A stretch of DNA of 64,000 bases, taken from positions 3,914 through 67,913 of the forward strand of contig DUDS01000028.1 of NCBI GenBank assembly GCA_004769085.1, written 5' to 3'. This DNA comes from Candidatus Melainabacteria bacterium SSGW_16 (GTDB lineage Bacteria; Cyanobacteriota; Vampirovibrionia; 2-02-FULL-35-15). Positions 47,459-55,012 of this stretch are shown piece by piece. The notes under the pieces were generated by a model that saw nothing but the letters and a program-made list of their open reading frames with translations, made no database searches and had not been told where the DNA came from. The position numbers and the translations under genes were made by a program. Each line of letters opens with the position of its first letter. Within the stretch, counting starts at the first letter, position 1.

Positions 47459-47569
47459 GACAAAATACTTTTCAATTGTACTGAGTTTACTTACTATCTG
47501 CCAATCTGTTTCAATTATTAGTGTGATTCCTGACACTTTTTTACATAAATTTTTTCTCATTAAACTAAT

Positions 47570-48244
47570 ATGAACAGTCGTTCAGCAGCAAGAGAAATTG
47601 TAGTTTTGGCCCTCCCGCAGTTGCCAAAAGATAATATTAAGCTTACAAATACTGATTTAAAAGCAATTATCCTTGCATTAAGCAGGTCTTTAAGTGATTA
47701 TGCAAAAAAAAACATATCTTCTGTTTCTGCTGATTTGCAAAAGATAGAGAGTTTTTTGTTAAATGCTGAGATTGAACATCCTGATAATGAAAAACATGTA
47801 ACCCAGATTGAACCTGTTTTAATTCCTGATACTGCTGTCTTGCGGAAACAAGTTAATGCACTTCAGCAGGCAGCAACTGAATTGTTCAATGTTTTAGAAA
47901 TTCCTGAGCTTATAACTCATACCGATCAGGAACAAACCCATGAGTATGTAATATTTATTTTAAATAAATATATTGAAAACAAAGAAAAAATAAATGAAAC
48001 AATTGAGCAGGCTGCCCAGAGGAGAAAAAGTGACAAAAAATGGAAACTGGGAAGAATGGTCAGGCTCGATCGTGACATTCTCAGAGTGGCGGCTACAGAA
48101 CTTTTATTTATAACTGATACCCCGACTGAAGTAATCTGTGATGAAGCAGTAAAAATTGCAGATAAATATGGCGGAGATGAAAGCAAAAAATTTGTAAACG
48201 GTGTATTGAGAGATATTGTAGAGCTTTCAAGAGTGAAGTCTTAG
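47570..48244 (+). CDS. nusB: transcription antitermination factor NusB (long form)
   Basis: ARE..V..L at the N-terminus. The C-terminus reads RLDRDILRVAATELLF.TDTP..V.CDEAVKIADKYGGDES.KFVNGVLRDI. The 224-aa length comes from a central insertion. Confidence 0.85.
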   Translation: MNSRSAAREIVVLALPQLPKDNIKLTNTDLKAIILALSRSLSDYAKKNISSVSADLQKIESFLLNAEIEHPDNEKHVTQIEPVLIPDTAVLRKQVNALQQAATELFNVLEIPELITHTDQEQTHEYVIFILNKYIENKEKINETIEQAAQRRKSDKKWKLGRMVRLDRDILRVAATELLFITDTPTEVICDEAVKIADKYGGDESKKFVNGVLRDIVELSRVKS

Positions 48245-48444
48245 TTTAGTAAGCACAGAGTCAGATTTTATTTATCAATGTACTTGACTAGGGACTAACC
48301 CGATTTCCTTTTTTGATCGGTCTTTGCCTGGGAGGCTACCCTAGCAAATCTTAAGATCGAGACTTTAATAATTTATCAAGGTTTTACATTAATATACTTT
48401 CATTAAAAGAGAGAAAGAGTAAGGGGAAAATATTTCTTTCTCTT

Positions 48445-51186
48445 GTGACTTATTTGTTTTTTGGTGGGGAACTTATGACTTCATTTTATAGAAATACCAT
48501 TTCAATTATTTCTAATCTAGTTAATCTGCAGCTTAAACCAAAGACTCTGCTTGCATTTATTTTTACAATATTAATTTCTCTCTCAATACCTTTAAATATA
48601 TTACTGCCACTAAAAGCAAGTACTGAGCTTAGTAGTAATCTAGCTGCACAGACATATGTGCAGAATAATCTTGTGACTAACGGTATTGTAAATGATATTG
48701 AAGTAGCGGATGGGATTATTTATTTGGCTGGACATTTTACACAAGTTGGTCCAGATACAGGCAGTGCTGTTCCGTTTGATATTAATACCGGCAGAATTGC
48801 AACTTCCTTCCCAAAGGTAAACAATACGATAAGAGCTATTATTCCAGATGGTTCTGGTGGCTGGTTCATAGGAGGAGATTTTACTTTAGTAGGTGGGCTA
48901 ACTAGAAATAGAATTGCTCATATACTTTCTGATGGTACGGTAGATCCTAATTGGAATCCTAATATAGATCCAATAGGTAATTTTATGGGTAAATATGGAA
49001 ATAATTTTGAATACATAAGTAATGTTACTGCTCTTGCACTTAGTGGCTCAACTCTATATGTAGGTGGAGGATTTTCAACGGTTGGAGATAAAGCTAGAAG
49101 TAGTATTGCTGCGATTGATACTAAAACAGGTAATGTAACTGACTGGAATCCTAATGTATATGATCCCCATATAGGTGTTGTTAAGGCTCTTGCAGTTAAA
49201 GATTCTACTCTTTATGTTGGTGGACAGTTTACAGAGGTTGGCGGGCAAATTAGATATAACCTTGCTTCTGTAGATATATCAACAGGTAATGTAACAACTT
49301 GGAATCCAAATGTAAATTATGATGGAAGGATTTATACCTTTGTAGTAAGCAACTCAATTCTATATGTTGGTGGTGACTTTAAGATCATTGGAGGGCAAAT
49401 AAGGAATGGTCTTGCAGCAATTGATACTACTACAGGGAATGTAACAACCTGGAACCCAAATGTACGTGCAATTGGTTTAGGATTGGCAATTAATGGCTCA
49501 ACTATTTATGCTGGAGACGGGAATTCTATTGTGGCGATTGATACCACAACAGGGAAAGTAACTAGTTTAAATCTTGAATTTACAGGAAGTACAAGGGGAT
49601 GGAATATTGTTAATGCTATAGCAATTCATGATTCTACACTTTATGTTGGCGGGGACTTTACAATGGTTAATAACGAGGTTAGAAATAATTTAGCCTCAAT
49701 TAACTTATCTACAAAAGAACTAACAAGCTGGAACCCAAATTTAGGTGCCTATGTTTTAGCTCTTGCATTTAGTGATCCTACTCTTTATGTCGGTGGTGAA
49801 TTTACTACTATTGGTGGGCAAACCAGAAACAACCTTGCAGCAATAGATGCAACCACTGGAAATTTAACCAGCTTTAATCCAGATATTGGTAGATATGCAA
49901 TCATACATGCTATTGAAGTTAATGGTTCTACTCTTTATGTAGGAGGTGGACGATGGGGGAATAACCTAGCAGCTATAGATACAAATACAGGAAGAATTAC
50001 AAGTTGGAATCCAGGTGTAAATGGAGAAATTTATGATCTTAAAGTTAAAGACTCTACTCTTTATGTTGGTGGAAATTTTTCAAGTATTGGCGGACAGAGT
50101 AGAAATGACATTGCAGCAATTGATTTAGTTACTAGAGATGTAACAAACTGGAAACAAGATGTAGAAGGCGGTATCTATGTGCTTCTCATTGATGACTCTA
50201 CTCTCTATGCTGGAGGAGATTTCATTTCAATTGGTGGACAACAAAGAAACAATCTTGCAGCAATTGATCTAAAAACAGGAGCAGTAAAAGATTGGAATCC
50301 GAATATATTGAGTTGGAGTCGCTATGTAGGTAACTGGGGGAAACCAAAGGGACCAGGTTGGTATCAGGGTTGGAGTCCTCATTTCTACGGAAGAGGTCGG
50401 GTCTCAGCACTTGCTGTTAGTAGTTCTAATCTTTATATTGGCGGTATCTTCACAGCTAATGGACAGAGAGATTGTCTTATTGCAGTTGATAAACTTACAG
50501 GAAGTTTATCAAATTGGAGTCCACGAATAGATGGTGGAGTATTTGCACTTACAGTAAAGGGATCAACTCTTTATATAGGTGGTGGATTTGAAATGATTGA
50601 TGGTAAAAATAGAATTAACCTTGCTTCAATTAATTTAACTACAGGCAATGTAACAGACTGGGCTCCTAATGCTGGTCCACTTTGTTGGAATCCGGATGAA
50701 GCGTTAGGACAGTGTACTAATAGTATTGTTGCAACACTTACAACTGATCCCTCAACTCTATATGCTGGTGGTAATTTTACATCAGTTGGTAATGATGTAA
50801 ATTCTTTCTTTGCAAGATTTTCTTTAGATCAAGGTACTAGTCTACCTTCTTCAAACACTAGTCACTTGCCTTCAGGAAAGGATACGAATCAAGGACCAGC
50901 TGAAGTTGCCCCCAATGGAACACATGGTAATCAAAGTTCTACTACCATACAACCTGTCTCAAACTCGAACAATACACCTCAAGGCAATGCATACGGAACA
51001 GTAAATAATGATCCTGGAAGACCAGCTGGTGGTAGGCCACCTGAAGCTACAACAACACAAACAAACTCAACTACTCCAATTACAGCACCAGCAGCTTCTG
51101 AGCCTATTAATTCAACACAAGGTAATGCACCTGAACCAAATCACGGTGTTGGCAATGGAAATGGCAATGGGAATGGAAAACATTAA
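48445..51186 (+). CDS. exported multi-blade beta-propeller repeat protein (delta-60/DUF5122-like repeats), low-complexity C-terminus
   Basis: There are 14 or more repeats of STLYVGG.FT.IGGQ.RN.LAAID..TGNVT.WNPN. The N-terminal TM/signal is LLAFIFTILISLSIPLNILLPL and the tail is NGNGNGNGKH. ATG 48475 is an alternative start. Confidence 0.8.
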   Translation: MTYLFFGGELMTSFYRNTISIISNLVNLQLKPKTLLAFIFTILISLSIPLNILLPLKASTELSSNLAAQTYVQNNLVTNGIVNDIEVADGIIYLAGHFTQVGPDTGSAVPFDINTGRIATSFPKVNNTIRAIIPDGSGGWFIGGDFTLVGGLTRNRIAHILSDGTVDPNWNPNIDPIGNFMGKYGNNFEYISNVTALALSGSTLYVGGGFSTVGDKARSSIAAIDTKTGNVTDWNPNVYDPHIGVVKALAVKDSTLYVGGQFTEVGGQIRYNLASVDISTGNVTTWNPNVNYDGRIYTFVVSNSILYVGGDFKIIGGQIRNGLAAIDTTTGNVTTWNPNVRAIGLGLAINGSTIYAGDGNSIVAIDTTTGKVTSLNLEFTGSTRGWNIVNAIAIHDSTLYVGGDFTMVNNEVRNNLASINLSTKELTSWNPNLGAYVLALAFSDPTLYVGGEFTTIGGQTRNNLAAIDATTGNLTSFNPDIGRYAIIHAIEVNGSTLYVGGGRWGNNLAAIDTNTGRITSWNPGVNGEIYDLKVKDSTLYVGGNFSSIGGQSRNDIAAIDLVTRDVTNWKQDVEGGIYVLLIDDSTLYAGGDFISIGGQQRNNLAAIDLKTGAVKDWNPNILSWSRYVGNWGKPKGPGWYQGWSPHFYGRGRVSALAVSSSNLYIGGIFTANGQRDCLIAVDKLTGSLSNWSPRIDGGVFALTVKGSTLYIGGGFEMIDGKNRINLASINLTTGNVTDWAPNAGPLCWNPDEALGQCTNSIVATLTTDPSTLYAGGNFTSVGNDVNSFFARFSLDQGTSLPSSNTSHLPSGKDTNQGPAEVAPNGTHGNQSSTTIQPVSNSNNTPQGNAYGTVNNDPGRPAGGRPPEATTTQTNSTTPITAPAASEPINSTQGNAPEPNHGVGNGNGNGNGKH

Positions 51187-51244
51187 AAACTTTGTAAATG
51201 GTGTTTTAAGAGATATTGTTGAACTCTCAAGGGTTAAGTCATAG
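51185..51244 (+). pseudogene. orphan duplicate of the nusB 3' end (19 codons plus stop)
   Basis: It encodes KNFVNGVLRDIVELSRVKS*, against NusB KKFVNGVLRDIVELSRVKS* at 48185-48244. It is offset by exactly 3000 nt in the same frame, with 47/57 nt identical and every difference at a third codon position. Confidence 0.85.
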
Positions 51245-51347
51245 AACTTTCACTTTTTATGCTCAACCCATACCTGCGCTTCGCTTGGTGGGCTTGGCGC
51301 CTCCAACGCTCCGCTAAAGGTATGGGTTTCGCTTTTGTGAAAGTTCT
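51243..51347. repeat. 105-nt GC-richer palindromic element
   Basis: agaactttcac (51243-51253) pairs with gtgaaagttct (51337-51347), and aacccatacc pairs with ggtatgggtt. It contains the atgctcaac and gcgcttcgcttg strings shared with families 2 and 1. Confidence 0.65.
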
Positions 51348-51363
51348 CTAATTAAACAAACCG

Positions 51364-52596
51364 TTATAGTGCTGCTTTATACGCACTAACTGCCATTTCT
51401 TTTGTTACCGGCTGTAATGGATTTGTAATTGCAGAGATGTCTTTAATGGCTTTTTCTGCCATGGAATCGATACTACTTTCTTTAACCCCTGCCTCACTGA
51501 GTCTTGAGGGGATTCCTATATCTTTATTTAATTTTTCAATTTCAGAAATAAATTTATCTGCAATTTCATCATCTGACCCATTCGAACTTATTTCAAAAGC
51601 TGATGCCATTGTGACATATTGTGGAGTGGAGACTTTTTTGTTTATCCTTAAAACATGGGGTAGCATGATTGCATTTGCAAGTCCATGTGGAAGGTTATGT
51701 TGTGCCGATAGCTGATGTGAACAGGCATGTACAAGCCCTACAGATTTCTGATTGAATGCCATGCCTGCAATCATAGCTCCAAGTGACATATTTATTCTTC
51801 CTATAACATCCTGTCCGTTTGAATAAACCTTTCTAAGGTGTTGATAAATAAGTGCTATTGCCTGAAGAGAAAACATGTCTGCTATTGGATTTATTCTGAG
51901 GGAAATAAAAGCTTCAATAGCATGTGTAAGTGCATCCATTCCACAAGATGCTGTAAGTTTTGGAGGGCATGAAAGAGTTAGTTGTGGATCAACAAGTGCA
52001 ATAGTTGAAATAAGAGGATAACCAAGGATAGTAATTTTTTCTTTTTTTTTGTCTGCTGAAGTTATCATAGATACAATTGAGACTTCAGAGCCTGTACCGC
52101 TTGTTGTTGGGATACTTATCTGATGAGGCAGTGATTCATGAACTGCCATTATTGTAGATTTTGTAGCATCATAATCAGATGGTTTTCCACCCTGTTTAGC
52201 GATTAACCTTATTATCTTTGCTGCATCAATAACACTTCCACCACCAATTGCAATTACAATATCTGAACCAGTCGATTTATATTTTTCAGCGCCTTTTGTT
52301 ACTGTTTCTTCTTTTGGATTTGGCTCAATCTCATTAAATATATTTGATCTTATTCCGCTTTTCTCAAGATATTTTTGTATTTTAGAAGCAAATCCAAGCT
52401 TTTCTATTTCAGCATCAGTTACTATAAATGCATTTTGTGCTTTAAGAAAAAGTGACAGAAATCCAATCCTGTTTAGCGCGCCATAGCCAAAAATAACCTG
52501 AGGTGCAAAACTAAAACCCATTACTCCTGTATCAAGGATTTGTCCTTTAATAGTGGGGTCAATAAGTGGTAATTCTATTTCTTCTGTTTGTACCAT
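51364..52596 (-). CDS. iron-containing (group III) alcohol dehydrogenase
   Basis: IAIGGGSVIDAAK, TTSGTGSE and the His cluster (DALTHAIE, HACSH, PHG). Confidence 0.9.
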   Translation of the reverse strand: MVQTEEIELPLIDPTIKGQILDTGVMGFSFAPQVIFGYGALNRIGFLSLFLKAQNAFIVTDAEIEKLGFASKIQKYLEKSGIRSNIFNEIEPNPKEETVTKGAEKYKSTGSDIVIAIGGGSVIDAAKIIRLIAKQGGKPSDYDATKSTIMAVHESLPHQISIPTTSGTGSEVSIVSMITSADKKKEKITILGYPLISTIALVDPQLTLSCPPKLTASCGMDALTHAIEAFISLRINPIADMFSLQAIALIYQHLRKVYSNGQDVIGRINMSLGAMIAGMAFNQKSVGLVHACSHQLSAQHNLPHGLANAIMLPHVLRINKKVSTPQYVTMASAFEISSNGSDDEIADKFISEIEKLNKDIGIPSRLSEAGVKESSIDSMAEKAIKDISAITNPLQPVTKEMAVSAYKAAL

Positions 52597-52627
52597 AATA
52601 CTTATTTTAACTCAATCCTGTAAATTA

Positions 52628-53629
52628 TTATAAGAAAGTTTTTAATCTGTCCAAATCAAGATTTCCGCCGCTTAAAATTACCACTGTATTTTTCCCTACA
52701 GGAATCTTTCTTTCAAGTAAAGCTGCTACAGTACATGCAGCAGATGGTTCAACCAGCAGTTTTTGCCTTTCAAGAAGCATTAATATTGCATCTTTTGTCT
52801 TTTCATCAGAAACAGTAAAAATATCATCCACATATTTTTTTGTAAGATTAAATGTAATATCACCGACCCTGCATGCTGATAGTCCTTCTGCAAATGATGT
52901 TATTTTTGGCAGTGGTATAATTTTGCCTGCTTTAAAGCTCTGATACATTGAGTCAGCGCCTATTGTTTCAATACCAAACACTTTTACAGATGGTTTTATC
53001 TGTTTTATTACAGCTCCAACTCCTGAAACCAAACCTCCACCACCAATTGAACAGACTATTGTGTCCACTTCAGGCAGATCTTTGTATATTTCAAGTGCAA
53101 CGGTTCCCTGACCAGCAACAATATCAATATCATTAAATGCATGAAGATGCTCATATCCTGTTTCTTTCTGAAGCTCAAAAGAATAATCAAGTGCCTCCTG
53201 AAGATCATTTCCGTGAATAATTACTTCTGCACCATAGCTTTTACATGCATCGATTTTGCAATCAGGCACACCATTAAACATTACAAGCTTTGCCTTAAGT
53301 CCAAGTTTTTGTGCTGAGTAGGCTACTCCCTGAGCATGATTACCACCACTTGCAGCTACAAGCCCTTTAATTTTTTTCTGTCTAAGTAATTTAAGTGTTT
53401 TGTTTAACGCTCCGCGGGGCTTAAACGAACCTGTTTTCTGAAAGTTTTCAAGCTTGAAAAAAATATTAGAGCCGATGAGTTCTGTAAATGTTGCAGTTGA
53501 GATAAGAGGAGTCCAGACAAGGTATTCTTTTATTATTTTGTGGACTTTTGTTACTTCATTTAATTCTATTTCTGGATATAATAAAGTTGCCTCTCTGCTC
53601 ATAAGGATTATAATAGCATTTGAATACAA
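52628..53629 (-). CDS. threonine ammonia-lyase (short, catabolic-type PLP enzyme)
   Basis: FKLENFQKTGSFKPRGA (PLP lysine), ASGGNHAQGVA and GGGGL.SG. There is no C-terminal ACT domain. Confidence 0.88.
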   Translation of the reverse strand: MYSNAIIILMSREATLLYPEIELNEVTKVHKIIKEYLVWTPLISTATFTELIGSNIFFKLENFQKTGSFKPRGALNKTLKLLRQKKIKGLVAASGGNHAQGVAYSAQKLGLKAKLVMFNGVPDCKIDACKSYGAEVIIHGNDLQEALDYSFELQKETGYEHLHAFNDIDIVAGQGTVALEIYKDLPEVDTIVCSIGGGGLVSGVGAVIKQIKPSVKVFGIETIGADSMYQSFKAGKIIPLPKITSFAEGLSACRVGDITFNLTKKYVDDIFTVSDEKTKDAILMLLERQKLLVEPSAACTVAALLERKIPVGKNTVVILSGGNLDLDRLKTFL

Positions 53630-53655
53630 AGGGAATAAGTTAACAAGAGGATGTC

Positions 53656-53727
53656 ATTCCCGCGAAAGCGGGAATCTAGTAAATTAACGATAACAGTCAA
53701 TGTCTGGATTCCCATGTTCATGGGAAT
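53656..53727. repeat. two ATTCCC-N8-GGGAAT palindromic units
   Basis: attcccgcgaaagcgggaat (53656-53675) and attcccatgttcatgggaat (53708-53727) lie in the divergent promoter region. The track ORF N-terminus MSFPRKRESS is translated from them. Confidence 0.6.
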
Positions 53728-53731
53728 GACA

Positions 53732-55012
53732 ATGCAAATGAAAACCAATATTAAAGACAAACTTCAAAAAATTGATAAGGATCATTTAAAACTTCTTTCT
53801 GATATAGGAATTGTTGCTGAAAAAACTGATTTAAAAGCATATCTTGTTGGCGGAATGGTAAGGGATATTCTGCTGGGCTATGAAAATCTTGACATAGATA
53901 TTGTGGTTGAAAACAATGCTTCAAAACTGGCAGAAGCGCTTGTAAAAAGATTTCCAAACTGTGAACTTTCTGCAAAACACGATAAGTTCCATACTGCAAA
54001 GGTTATTTTTAATATAAATGGAAAGAAAATCCCAGTTGATTTGGCTTCTACTCGTGAAGAGATATACGAACATCCAGCAGCTTTACCTACAGTTAGTGTC
54101 TCAGATTTGAAGAAAGACTTATACAGGCGCGATTTTACGATAAATGCCCTTGCAGTTTCTATTCTGCCACATAATTTTGGAGAAGTAGCTGATTTATTTC
54201 ATGGACTTGATGATTTAAAAGATAAGAAAATACGGGTACTTCATGACCTTAGTTTTATAGATGATCCGACTAGGATGATTAGAGCTGTGAGATTTGCTGT
54301 GAAACTTGGATTTGAAATAGAAGAACATACGAAATTACTGCTTAACGATGCTATGAAATCTGGCAAATTTGATAATCTTATTCAGAAAATTAGAGGTGAC
54401 AGGGTAAAAATAGAAATAAGATATCTTTTTAATTTGCAGAATGTAGAAGAAGCGATTAAAGCATTTTTTGAGTCAGGGATTTATAAGATGATATCGGTTA
54501 ACTTGAAACCCTGTAGGGGCTTGTCGCGACAAGCCCCTACAAATATTTTACGTGATTGTTCTCGTCAATGGTTAATATATCTTGCGGTAATAATAAAAGA
54601 TCTAAAAACAGATGAGCAGGAAAAAATATTAACAAACCTTCAGATGACCAGTGATGAAATAAAAATTGTAAATAAGGGAATAAGCACATATTCTGATCTT
54701 GTTAATAGATCCATTAATATAACTTCTGTCTATCAGTCTTTAAAACACATTCCAAATGAGTCAGTTATTTTAATTAATCTGCTTGCTAAGCTTGAAAATA
54801 ATGAGAAGATTGGAAGTCTTATTGATGAATATATTGAAAATATTTCCAAAATAAAACTAAATATCTGTGGAGATGATCTAATAGGGCTTGGTGTTAAAGA
54901 AGGCAAAGAAATAGGTAAAATACTTGATAAAATAATGGAGCTAAAGATTAAAAATCCTTCTATGAAAAAAGATGATGAAATAGAAGAAGCAAAAAAACTA
55001 CTTAAGGACTAG
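53732..55012 (+). CDS. CCA-adding enzyme / poly(A) polymerase family nucleotidyltransferase
   Basis: LVGGMVRDILLG..N.DIDIVV, RRDFTINA.A and DP.R..RAVRF. Start moved to Met28 (53732) because upstream codons read through the palindromic repeats. Confidence 0.85.
   Translation: MQMKTNIKDKLQKIDKDHLKLLSDIGIVAEKTDLKAYLVGGMVRDILLGYENLDIDIVVENNASKLAEALVKRFPNCELSAKHDKFHTAKVIFNINGKKIPVDLASTREEIYEHPAALPTVSVSDLKKDLYRRDFTINALAVSILPHNFGEVADLFHGLDDLKDKKIRVLHDLSFIDDPTRMIRAVRFAVKLGFEIEEHTKLLLNDAMKSGKFDNLIQKIRGDRVKIEIRYLFNLQNVEEAIKAFFESGIYKMISVNLKPCRGLSRQAPTNILRDCSRQWLIYLAVIIKDLKTDEQEKILTNLQMTSDEIKIVNKGISTYSDLVNRSINITSVYQSLKHIPNESVILINLLAKLENNEKIGSLIDEYIENISKIKLNICGDDLIGLGVKEGKEIGKILDKIMELKIKNPSMKKDDEIEEAKKLLKD
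54512..54541. repeat. 30-nt perfect GC-rich palindrome inside a coding sequence
   Basis: tgtaggggcttgtcg|cgacaagcccctaca is in frame and encodes CRGLSRQAPT. Confidence 0.8.

Noticed and set aside
51008-51244. 78-aa ORF ending in the NusB-like tail as a real gene, or as a frameshift extension of the propeller protein
   Set aside because: Upstream of the 19 NusB-like codons it is a Q/L/H-rich alternative frame of the low-complexity propeller C-terminus. No slippery site or SD is evident. It is kept only as a gene-fragment duplicate.
53651-53731. N-terminal 27 codons of the CCA-family ORF (MSFPRKRESSKLTITVNVWIPMFMGMT)
   Set aside because: They are translated from the two ATTCCC-N8-GGGAAT palindromes. 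Homology-like sequence starts later, so the start was moved to Met28.
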